Part shown: one piece after another, positions 11,159 to 21,203 of the stretch
Layout of the letters: every line of letters begins with the position of its first letter
How positions within the stretch are numbered: the first letter of the stretch is position 1
Source: Mayamaea pseudoterrestris
Lineage: Eukaryota
Reading direction: 5' to 3'
Length of the DNA stretch: 64,000 bases
Assembly (NCBI GenBank): GCA_027923505.1
Contig: BROI01000001.1
Coordinates: 2,914,001 to 2,978,000, forward strand
Program-made: the position numbers and the translations under genes
Notes under the pieces: model-generated
What the model saw: only the letters and a program-made list of their open reading frames with translations
Told to the model about the DNA's origin: nothing
Databases searched by the model: none

Positions 11159-13316
11159 ATGAGGGTCGTGTTGAAGTTCTTTCCTTTATGTTTCGGCGCT
11201 GTCATGGCGCGGAGACAACTTTTCGATCTGTCCACGGTTGCGCGGAAAGACCGAGTCCAACAGTCTAAAACATCGCCGCGTATGGAGATATCGGAGTCGG
11301 CCGGATCTATTTCGCCATGCCCCGACAAGGTTTTTGACATTGACTTGTTTGTCACTCGTACGCATGGGTGCATGCATGAGGGGTTTGAAGGTATGTTCTA
11401 CGTCCCGGCTCAGGATAATTACGACGACATATGACAAACCTCTCACTTCTCTAGGCACTGCAGCATCAAGTATGGACTTAAGTTTGAGCATGTCGGTGAT
11501 TATGAGTATGAGCATGGACTCGCTGATAAGCATGAGCATGGACTTGGGCGGAGGCAATTCACGTAATCACAACGGGCATCATCCCACCCAATCTTCATCG
11601 GGCCGGCGACCACATTCGTTTGTAAAGCGAGTTCAAACTCAAGGTCCAAGTCATTCGTGGGGAAAAAATGATGCAACCTCATACCCAAAGTCAAAGGATG
11701 GTCCAACAGCGGCATTGGTTCAAGAGTCGCTTTTACCATCCTCGACGTTGCCTGGAACGGGGGATGACAATTATGATCCGCCGCCGTCCTTATCCCGTAC
11801 GTCTGCCATTCCTGATGTAGGACCCGTCGTCCTTGTGCCATCTGTCGCTTCGCCTGATGTTAATCCTGTGCACTCAATGGTATGGACGCCATCAAAATCT
11901 AGCGACGTCCCAAGGTCAATGTCACACTCTCCAAATGTTTTTACTAAATCTACGATCAAACCGACTTATACCAGAGCGCCCATTATTCGATCGCAGTCAT
12001 ATCCTGCAGTTTTATTTACTTCGCAGCCCAGTGTTAGACCAATGCCGAACCAACATACACCAGTATATACTGGATATCCGTTAACACACGGCCCAATGTC
12101 TCCGCCGAATACTAAGCAACCAGGTGGAGGAGCCGGCACTAATGATGCTGCTGCTGCGTCGCCAAGTGGCGCTGTGTACCGGTCGAGCGGTGCGCCTCAG
12201 TCCCTTGCTGATCCGCTGGCTTCGCTTACATATTCTCCAAGTTCGTCGTTTCCGCAACAATGTCAGACGATCAATGGCGTTTACGGCTCGCTTGACGGTG
12301 TTTGCGTCGGCGTTGTTTTTGGCTATGCACTTGAGACTATTTCCATCGGGGACGATGAGCTCTTGTATGAGGTTATGCCAACCCTGGAAGTCGCATTTAA
12401 CGATTTTCTATTACCTTTTCTGGATCCAGACCATTGCCAACTAAACACACGTCAACTGTCACATATTGATGAACGCCATTTGCTGGCTGTTATCGGCATC
12501 AGTAGCCACCCTGATGACTTAAGAGTCGAGCCATGCTCTCAAAAGATGAATGTTGGCAACAACTGCAGCGTCTTTCGCGGGGAGCTCAGTCTCTACATGG
12601 TCGGCTTTGCTGCAACCTCTGCAGTCGTTGTGGAAACGAAGAAACATTTAATCGTTGGTTTCAACGTTGGTGCGTTTGACAGTGCTGACGCTCGCATTGT
12701 CCGAGTGTCGTACGTCGATTTGGCTCAGGGCGAAGGATCGACCAACCCCATCGAAAGTCAGGAGGAACCGCCGACTCAAGCGGAAGGGAAGTCGCGTCTT
12801 GCGCTTATTAGTGTTTTGACAGTGTTTGCAGTTTTGGCGTTGCTTGTATTTGGTGCTACTATTGCGTATCGCCACAACGCCGAAGAGTCAAGCCAACGTC
12901 GACAGTTTGAAGCAATGCTGGATGATGCTGATGATGATGTGAATCACATGGTAGACACCGGTGAAGTGGGTATTCCGGAGCAAATTGCTCTTCAGGCAGT
13001 CATGGAAGAAGAGCATGCGTTGGACGACTCGGACGCAGAACTGGGCAGCGATCGAATGGAGGAGCGTCAACCTTATATAACCGAAGTGAGTAGTTTGTAT
13101 CTTGAGAAACAAGCCGACGGCGAGCTTGTCGTCAAGACGACTTGCCCAACCACTTCGAATTTTAGCGAAAGCGAAGATCCCATGGAATGCATCTCTCCTA
13201 GTGATTCTTCCGTTTATATGGAAGACCAGGATAACGTGCAATGTGTTAAAGACCACTTGCTGCATAGTCTCGCCAGCGATCAAGATTCGCAGATGTCGAC
13301 GCAATTTCGCCTCTAG
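11159..13316 (+). CDS. Type I membrane protein (signal peptide, SMSM motif, Ser/Pro/Thr-rich region, Cys-containing domain with RXL, TM, acidic tail); intron 11391-11454
   Basis: A GTATGT..CTAG intron joins MRVVLKFFPLCFGAVMA.. in phase to the long ORF. Contains SMSVIMSMSMDSLISMSM, TRQL..RHLLAVIGISSHPDD, and TM LALISVLTVFAVLALLVFGATIAY. Confidence 0.8.
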
Positions 13317-13562
13317 CGACAAGGCTCTAAACACACGGACAAACGAATTGAAACAAGCAGTATTCTTTTGCAATTAAGTTTTTGTATAGATTATAGTATT
13401 TATTATTCTTTGTACTTTGCAGAGCGAATGCTTGTTGAGTATGCGTATCATACTAGAATACGACAAATCGACGTCATTATCGAACATATAGTTGGTGGGT
13501 GCTGGCGACCCCGAAGAGAATGTATGTTCTCTTGTCAACATTATTTCATATAGAATGTTTGC

Positions 13563-14126
13563 TTACAGAGTTTCAGCATCTGCACTCTGGCCCATCGATT
13601 GCGAATTGCTGTCGGCATTTTCCGCCACACGGCGTCGACCAAGGAAGAGCGCGGATGCGATCAAAACGGTACCTCCAACAGCGACTGCGACGCTTGGACC
13701 TGCTCCAAATCCTCCGGTGTTGGCTGATGTGCTGCCCTCGGCCGGTGGAGCTTCCGACGATTGATCGACTGGTTCGAATGTCGGAGCCAAGATTGAGCCC
13801 GGCGACGGAGCTGGCTCCTCGACGAGGCCTTCGGATGCTGTTGGTGCAGGTGTAAACGCTGGACATATTCAAAGAAGACACGTTAGTAAGATAACTTATC
13901 TAAATGTGTGCGCAGTTACAAAATAAAGTATGAATCGTTTCATGAATCAGCATGAATGAAGCAGCTGACCGCACGTACCACTCGGAGGACTGTCAACATT
14001 GAGCTCATCGGGAGGAGTCCAGTGATTGTTGACTTCTTCCACATTCACTGGGCTAGTGACCTGTCCTTGCACGGCTGTAGCAAGCAGCGAGCTGACGGCG
14101 AAAAGCATGGTGAAAGAGACCTTCAT
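13563..14126 (-). CDS. Small (147 aa) type I membrane protein with a Pro/Ser/Thr-rich ectodomain; intron 13978-13859
   Basis: Exon 1 MKVSFTMLFAVSSLLATAVQG-QVTSP.. is missing from the ORF track. GTACGT..CAG intron in phase. Exon 2 has TPAPT..APTFEP, TM VAVAVGGTVLIASALFLG, then RRR. Confidence 0.8.
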
Positions 14127-14350
14127 AGTGACGAGGTGGGTGGCGATTTTGTGAAGCCATGAATGGGGCTGACTCGTAACGATGTGCGAAAGATACCAAT
14201 TTAGAAATCCAGGCTCGCCCGGCGCGATCCATTGTCACGTCATTCATTCGTTCCACAAGCGTCTCATCGGTTCTGAAAGTTTGGCTCGTGAGATTTCACT
14301 TACACCATGGAGGGTTTCTGCTGCAGATGAATGAGGTTGCAACATGACCC

Positions 14351-16072
14351 ATGTCCTTCATTCTACTGCGATCAAGATGGTTGCTCACTGTAGTTGCAGC
14401 ATGCTGTCTGATCCTATCGCAAATTGCAATCAGAACGTCCAGCAGCACGCAACGTAATTACCGGTATATTCCCACCGACGCTGAAATCGTTCTCGAGGAA
14501 GTTGCGCATCATCAAGGGCAGCGACGAGAAAGCCAACATCTACTTAATGGACGAATTGATTCAAACTTCATTTTCAATGACGACGCTCATTGCCCATTTC
14601 GCGATTCAACTATTTACCGAAAAGTATTCGTTTATCCCAACTTGGGTGATGCTCACTGGATGGGTGACATTTTGTCGGATTATGGTCACGCCATGAGCAA
14701 CCAATTACCCTCGCCAACCGTATGGCCATGGCTCTATTATGACGTGCAAGCAAGGGCGAATACGACGAGTCACTACGATGTTAATGGACAGCATGTGCAA
14801 TACACGACCGAGCTTTTGGTGCGAGAGCTACTCACAAATCCAAACTCTTGCCTTCGAACCTACGATCCAGAGCAAGCAACTCTGTTTTATGTTCCATACT
14901 TACCATCCATGGAGTTTCATCAAGCCAGCAAGACTGCGCTAGACTATTCAACGTCAATGTATGGGCAGGCCATCTTGGACATAGTGCAGGAAGGGAACCA
15001 CTCGGCGTGGGAACGATACTTTGGACTGACTTCCAAATACTGGCGACGACGCAACGGAAGCGACCACATTCTAGTCTTCTCCGAGCCATTCCATGGACTG
15101 CTGCACACGCGCAACAAGCGGGGACATTATCATTACATACGGACGCAGCAACAAACGGCCGCGCCCATTGTGATTAGCGTTGAGCTTAGCACCAGTTTTG
15201 TAAATGAGTATCCAGAATGTGCACGAAAGAACATTTTAATGCCATACCCCAATACGGACGGACGAATCTTCAATGGATTGTTTCAGCGAGAGGCCACTGC
15301 CATGTCCAACATTATACAACAAAATCTAACGGCGAGCCATCATATTGGAACCGAGTCACACCTGCACTTACCGGAAATGTCCGAGACCAGGATGAATAGT
15401 AACCGCCCCGCCTCCATATTCTATTCAGGCGGTAATCACGGGACTTGCACATCAGTTCGTCGGAATCTGGAGAAGGAAGTTTATCACTGTTCAAAGTCCT
15501 TTCAAGTGTATCACAAGCACATGACGCGTCGACCTCATCACGGCATGTGGTTGTCCACCTTTTGCCCAACACCGGGCGGAGACTCTCCCAGTGCCAAGCG
15601 CATGTTTGATGCCGTCATTATGGGCTGCATACCTGTCGTCATGTCGCACGACTTTGTTTGGCCATTCAGTACCGAGTTTGATATCAGAGAGGACCTCAAT
15701 CCCTTGGGCTTCTCTGTGAGACTAAATGCGGCCGACTTTGAAACCAAACTTGTAAACTACAAGACATGTCAACCCATTAACAAGTCTCGACCCGCCGGTA
15801 TTCTCGATCAACTTAAGCAGTTACCAGAAGCGGAGGTTAAACGTTGGCAGGTTGGTCTTGCGAAAGCTGCCGACTTGTATTCTTGGTATAAGCGCGACGA
15901 CCGCCTTGTACAGAATCCTTTACAAGCGAGTGTGCTCCCGACAGGCGGAGCCGCGCATCGATTGGTGCGCGAGCTGGAACTACGGGCAGGTGGTGTTCGA
16001 TGGCCGGCTTGCCAGCGCGAATATGCTGCTAACCCGTGGACGAAGAATTCGAACAAGAAATTCAAGTGCTGA
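14351..16072 (+). CDS. Exostosin-family (GT47) glycosyltransferase, type II membrane
   Basis: N-terminal TM anchor. Motifs RTYDPEQATLFYVPY, WRRRNGSDHILV, STFCPTPGGDSPSAKRMFDAVIMGCIPV. Confidence 0.93.
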   Translation: MSFILLRSRWLLTVVAACCLILSQIAIRTSSSTQRNYRYIPTDAEIVLEEVAHHQGQRRESQHLLNGRIDSNFIFNDDAHCPFRDSTIYRKVFVYPNLGDAHWMGDILSDYGHAMSNQLPSPTVWPWLYYDVQARANTTSHYDVNGQHVQYTTELLVRELLTNPNSCLRTYDPEQATLFYVPYLPSMEFHQASKTALDYSTSMYGQAILDIVQEGNHSAWERYFGLTSKYWRRRNGSDHILVFSEPFHGLLHTRNKRGHYHYIRTQQQTAAPIVISVELSTSFVNEYPECARKNILMPYPNTDGRIFNGLFQREATAMSNIIQQNLTASHHIGTESHLHLPEMSETRMNSNRPASIFYSGGNHGTCTSVRRNLEKEVYHCSKSFQVYHKHMTRRPHHGMWLSTFCPTPGGDSPSAKRMFDAVIMGCIPVVMSHDFVWPFSTEFDIREDLNPLGFSVRLNAADFETKLVNYKTCQPINKSRPAGILDQLKQLPEAEVKRWQVGLAKAADLYSWYKRDDRLVQNPLQASVLPTGGAAHRLVRELELRAGGVRWPACQREYAANPWTKNSNKKFKC

Positions 16073-16347
16073 TCCAACATGCCGGTGACTGAGCAGATTC
16101 CGCACTCGCTACATGTATTTTGAGGTGTATCGGTTTGTAAAAGAACGAAAAGGCTTTGACAGTTCAGTGGAGTTGCGGTGCTGCAAGTTCCACGAAGAAA
16201 TTTGTCAATTGACAGTACACTATGATATCGGTGCGTATACGTTGTAAATGGCAGCAACGTCCAAGGCTTGATTTAACCCATGTTGTAAAGTTAGGCAATC
16301 GCAACCTTGTACAGATAAAACAAGATAAATATGCTAGCAATTTACTG

Positions 16348-17352
16348 TTAATACCCATATTCCAATTTGGTAATACGGAATTTGGCAGTTCCGCTAATCG
16401 AAATGTACGGTTCAATGTCGCTCGAAAGCTCCTTGACTTCGGCCTTTGCTTCTGCCACCAACCTGCCATCCATGTACCATCCGGCTCCGCGATTAGCGCA
16501 GCGTATCACCGGATTGACACTGCTCGGCAGGGGAACGCTGCGTCGGTCAAACTCGCGGTAGTTATTGCTGGCAAGAATCTCCGATGTTTCCGTGTTGAGG
16601 ACAATGAAGGAAGCCCGAAACTGAAAGTTATCATTGTCCGAGTTCTCCAAGTTGTATTCCTGCCAACCAATCTCAATGCTCTTGCAATCATTGGGGAAGA
16701 TCTGTACCTCGAATGATTGAACTTTGCGACTGTTTGATAGGCCTCGTTGGAGGACGTAGCTATAATCTTCACCTGCATGATCAATCATCGTGCTATATGA
16801 TTCTGAGACCATGTGAAGTTTTTCATCGCCAGGATCGTAACGGTGCAAGTGGAAGGGATAGAGATATCCCGACATGTTCATCGAGTCGACCATACGAAAA
16901 AATCGTTTCTGCTTCTCAGGATCGCTAAAGGTTGGAGGGGACGGACGAATTTCTGCATCGCGAGGTAGTGCTCTATTTACGTCGCGCAGATGCTCGACGA
17001 GTTCCGTGAAGAGAATGGGACTCTCGTCGAGAAAGAATCGGCCATTCGAATCTCGAGGCAGAACCTTATCGCGATCGCCACTAAACATGATCTTCAACTG
17101 CCCCGGCACGAATGTGAGCGTCTTTCGCATCACATCCAGATTCCGTCCACCGACATTCAAAGAGATTACATCATTGGGAGATGGCACCTCAAACTGATTG
17201 CGGCCGCCAGCTGTTGTCGGCGACTGCAGAGCGGCCGATCCACCATTCTCCATGAGCTTCAACGTTTTGTAGTCGCGTTTCAAAGACTCGTTGTCGTCCT
17301 TCACACCTTGCACCTCATCCAGAATGCGCTTGAGAGTCTCTCTATCGCTCAT
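16348..17352 (-). CDS. BTB/POZ (KCTD/T1-type) domain protein
   Basis: VISLNVGG..RKTLT..MFSG..PRDSNGRFFLDESPILF. N-terminal coiled coil and beta-rich C-terminus. Confidence 0.85.
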   Translation of the reverse strand: MSDRETLKRILDEVQGVKDDNESLKRDYKTLKLMENGGSAALQSPTTAGGRNQFEVPSPNDVISLNVGGRNLDVMRKTLTFVPGQLKIMFSGDRDKVLPRDSNGRFFLDESPILFTELVEHLRDVNRALPRDAEIRPSPPTFSDPEKQKRFFRMVDSMNMSGYLYPFHLHRYDPGDEKLHMVSESYSTMIDHAGEDYSYVLQRGLSNSRKVQSFEVQIFPNDCKSIEIGWQEYNLENSDNDNFQFRASFIVLNTETSEILASNNYREFDRRSVPLPSSVNPVIRCANRGAGWYMDGRLVAEAKAEVKELSSDIEPYISISGTAKFRITKLEYGY

Positions 17353-17767
17353 TGTCTCAAGAGTCTAAACTTCTTGGAGTATACTGCAAGTTGAACAGCA
17401 CCTTTTGGGCAGACCAGAAACTTTTTGGCAGCGATAGCGTTGTGTGGTCCATAAGTGGCTGGCGCAACTCGATGTTTGGGCCGAAGGGCTGTTCAAATGG
17501 GGATTCCAGTCATGTCTTGATATCAGTCGTTGGTTAATTATGTCATGAATACAATGATGATATAGACGTAAAAGTGCAGTAATAGTGAATACTGCATATT
17601 GCATTGTCGCGCATGGAACGAACAATGACTGCTTGGACAGCCTGAGTACCGGTAAGATTCAGACACAGCAGGAAACGCTCGAGCAACAAGATCCACTCGT
17701 CACCATGAGCACCAGCAGCCCTCAAAGCTAAACTTACTACGAGCAGTTGCAGCGCGGCCAGAGAAAC

Positions 17768-20404
17768 ATGACTTCTACTTTTAATGACAACTCTGCGCTT
17801 GAAAATGAGCAGCAACCAATGAAAACGCAATCGATTCTGAGCGAAAAGGTTTCTCGAGCATTGCAAGTTCGCACCGATACGCCTGCCATGGCGGCTGCGT
17901 TGGAAGCGCTCGGGCAGATACAGTCGACTGGACCAACGTCAGGAACATTCTCGTCGTCGAAACAAGTATCGTCTACTGCAGTTGTTGATTCGCGCACAGT
18001 CCGAGCCGCCATGGAGCAGGATGCCTTGGCGCAAGCTTTGCAGCTCCAGTCTCAGGTGAAAGGCTTGGTTCAAGCAGTTCGTGACGTTCGCGAGCAAATC
18101 TCTGAAACGGCCAATTTTGCACGGCAGGTATCGAAAGCCATTCAAGCAAATGTCATTGTTGACGAAAACAGTAACAGTGGTATTGTTGGGATGGTGAAGC
18201 GAAATGATGAAGTATTTAATGAAACGACGTCGGAGGAGTTAGTCTCATCGGATAGCACAATCGTTTCGGCTATGAATGCCGTGCCAATGACGACGGCACT
18301 TCAGGAGCAATTACTTGCCGGTCGTCTTCACGAGGCTTTTGTTCATCGCGATGCGGCAAAGCAGCGAGTGGAAGCCGTGCATGCATTTTTTGATCGCTTT
18401 GATTTGTCGCCACAAGAAGCACGACTCTTGGAGCAGTATTCCTTTGAAGATGTTTCACTGAATTTGGATGAGGACGAGACTCTCATGCACTCAGGTTCGG
18501 ACAGTGATAGCATGCCAGCCAATGGAGTTGCGTTCCTACGGGCACTCGAGCGCCTGCGTAGGGTTCGTCGTGCGTTGACGGAGACGTTTGGGAGTCCTCG
18601 CGACATTTCAATGGCAACCACATCTAACACCGGTAACTCGATGCAAAAGGATGGTTTGGCGCCTTCGTCGGCATTGCGCATGATGGAGCGGTTGGCGCAG
18701 ACGCAGGAGCGAGCATATGAGCGACTGTACCACTGGTTGCAATCGTATTTGCATCTTTCACACCAGTCGGCTCCAACGTCGTCGAGCGCCATGCAGCAAC
18801 AGCAACTCCCAAACTCCACCGCCGCCGAAGGGCTTGAGGAAGCTATTCAGCATCCTTTCGTTCAACTTGCTCTGCACACACTCCGCCACGTGCCCGCCTT
18901 CTACACGCATACTCTCGAGTTGATTGCAAGCAGTCGTCGGACGGAGCAAACAAAGCGTTTTCTCTTGGCGCTCACCACGACGAATAGTGGACTGGCAACG
19001 GCTCCGCTTGAACTTAAAAGTCAATCACAAGACCCGGTCGGGTACACGGCAGATCTGTTGGCGTGGGCGTTTTCTGCATTCAGTGTTGAAGCCGATGTAG
19101 CCAAGGGATTATTTCGTAGACATGCTCGAGGTAGTGGTTTGACGCATGGAAGTGATGGTGTGAACGAGTTAAACGATGAGAGTCATAATTCGTCTCGTCG
19201 CGAAGACAGTGTGGAGGACGAAGACGACACGTTTCGTGGCGACGATGATGGTATGTTTAGCAGTATTGACAAGCCCATGACGGCGCAGGATATGCTGGCC
19301 ATGAGCATGAGTGGACTAGCACGCCCTCTCAAATCGCGCATTATGCAAGTCATTGCTCGACTTGCTCGTCGTCCCGATCAAGATGGCAATGAAGACAATG
19401 ATGAAGATGACGACGGGCATGATGGTTTGGATGACTTTGAAGAAGAAGGAAGGGTTCAGCGCAATCGAGTAGCTCACTTGTACGAGCTTTGTGGACTGCT
19501 TCTCTTTTATACTAGTGTCATGGAAACGACGATTAACAAGCTGCAGCTGCATGGAAGTGAGGCGTCAACAGCTGTTACAAAGGAAGATGAGGGGGGAAAT
19601 TCGGATAGTCGTGGCGCCGAACAAAACCCACTCCTGACGAGTCTCGTTGAGTGTTTTGCGGAAGCCACAAAAGCTTACGAGGCGACCGTTCGTGTGTACG
19701 CTGCAGTGATGGGCCAGTTGTCAGCGAGCACTGGGGAGTCTGAGTCAGCCTTGACACATCTGCTTCTTGTCAAAATTGCGCAGGTGCGACAACAATCTCC
19801 AGGCTTTGCCAAAGATGTGGAATGCCCTGAGGCGTATGCCGACATTCTATTGATTGACTGGGTGACACATATTCTGATTCAAGCCGCCATTGCCAGTTGC
19901 AGGACTTTGGATGATGCCGTCACGCTTCAACAGTCAGTGGCAGCATCGAAACAGGCAGGCATGAAAATCGTGGCTGCGGAGCAACTTGATGAAGCTATAG
20001 AAGCAAAGGAGGTTGTTTTGATTCAGCAGCTGGTAGCGCAAGAGTCGAATAAAGTCTTGGACCTCTGCGGACTAGGGCAAGTGACGGCTAATTTAATGCT
20101 TTGGCAAGAAGTGCAGGGCGGTGGAACGCAAATGGTCGCGTATCCCGGTCTTTCGCCGCAAGAGGTGGAAGCGGGCTTGAAAGAGTTTTATGCGTCACTG
20201 TACTCGCCACCGATTCCTTCATTAGAGACCACGGTTAAGGATCCTGTACTTCGAAAAAATGCACGATCCAAAATCGCAGAAAGCGTGTGCGAAACTTATG
20301 AGAGACTTTACGAAGCTATTTCATCTCCGGCCCACGGAGGGTATGACGACACTTCCTTCCTCGGCCATACTCCTGACCAAGTTCGGACGCTAATCATGCA
20401 TTAA
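17768..20404 (+). CDS. COG6: Conserved oligomeric Golgi complex subunit 6
   Basis: QERAYERLYHW, PLEL..DPVGYTADLLAW, LARPLKSRI, C-terminal HTPDQVRTL. Confidence 0.8.
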   Translation: MTSTFNDNSALENEQQPMKTQSILSEKVSRALQVRTDTPAMAAALEALGQIQSTGPTSGTFSSSKQVSSTAVVDSRTVRAAMEQDALAQALQLQSQVKGLVQAVRDVREQISETANFARQVSKAIQANVIVDENSNSGIVGMVKRNDEVFNETTSEELVSSDSTIVSAMNAVPMTTALQEQLLAGRLHEAFVHRDAAKQRVEAVHAFFDRFDLSPQEARLLEQYSFEDVSLNLDEDETLMHSGSDSDSMPANGVAFLRALERLRRVRRALTETFGSPRDISMATTSNTGNSMQKDGLAPSSALRMMERLAQTQERAYERLYHWLQSYLHLSHQSAPTSSSAMQQQQLPNSTAAEGLEEAIQHPFVQLALHTLRHVPAFYTHTLELIASSRRTEQTKRFLLALTTTNSGLATAPLELKSQSQDPVGYTADLLAWAFSAFSVEADVAKGLFRRHARGSGLTHGSDGVNELNDESHNSSRREDSVEDEDDTFRGDDDGMFSSIDKPMTAQDMLAMSMSGLARPLKSRIMQVIARLARRPDQDGNEDNDEDDDGHDGLDDFEEEGRVQRNRVAHLYELCGLLLFYTSVMETTINKLQLHGSEASTAVTKEDEGGNSDSRGAEQNPLLTSLVECFAEATKAYEATVRVYAAVMGQLSASTGESESALTHLLLVKIAQVRQQSPGFAKDVECPEAYADILLIDWVTHILIQAAIASCRTLDDAVTLQQSVAASKQAGMKIVAAEQLDEAIEAKEVVLIQQLVAQESNKVLDLCGLGQVTANLMLWQEVQGGGTQMVAYPGLSPQEVEAGLKEFYASLYSPPIPSLETTVKDPVLRKNARSKIAESVCETYERLYEAISSPAHGGYDDTSFLGHTPDQVRTLIMH

Positions 20405-20644
20405 ATAGTAGTCTTTTTAGTATTGGTTTACGTTAATTACATCTTGCGTTACGAAGCTAAGTCGTGCTCGTTGTGATGGCAACATTCAAATCAAAGATAC
20501 TGTAACGAAGCGACACGACATGCTTCTCGTGATTGTCGCATCATTCGTTCGACCGATATGACCACAGAGTGAGCTCCCTTCGTCTACGAGTATATTAAGC
20601 GTGCATATTTACAGTAACTTGAATCACAGATTGCTCTACTGCTA

Positions 20645-20965
20645 ATGGCTGCATCTCATGGACGAGAAGCGTTGCTTCAGTTGTACAAGCAGCTTTTGAG
20701 GTCCGCCGAAACATTTCCGTCCAAGAATCGTTTGAAAATTTACCAAGCAATTCGTGACGACTGGCGCGACAATAAACATATTGAGGGTGTTAAGCTACAA
20801 CAGCAATTATCAGTGGCTTATAAAGGTTTATCGCAGCTTCGGCAATTTGATGAGACGGAAATGACTGGCGGCCAGGTGGATTCTACGAATTGGAGCGTCA
20901 AGCTGGAACAGAACCCCATGCCAAAACCGGATGACTACGATGAACGAAAGAAGAAAAAGAAATAG
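20645..20965 (+). CDS. LYR-motif (Complex1_LYR) mitochondrial protein
   Basis: LQLYKQLLRSAETFP..IRDDWRDNK. Confidence 0.85.
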   Translation: MAASHGREALLQLYKQLLRSAETFPSKNRLKIYQAIRDDWRDNKHIEGVKLQQQLSVAYKGLSQLRQFDETEMTGGQVDSTNWSVKLEQNPMPKPDDYDERKKKKK

Positions 20966-21203
20966 TTTTGCTCACTTACTTAATAATGTTTCAAAGGACA
21001 AATTGGTCTCACATCGAAGGTTTTGTTGTCTGAATGGAGAAGGATTTCCAGTCCTTCGATCGCTCGTGCTTAACAATACTGAATACAAAATACAATCAAA
21101 GGAGCTATTTGCAATTAAAAACGTTTAAATATATATGTATGCTCGACGAACCGTTTCTCGCGGGCTCGAATCGAATGTTTCGCTGCTCTGGAGCAGCTAG
21201 TGT

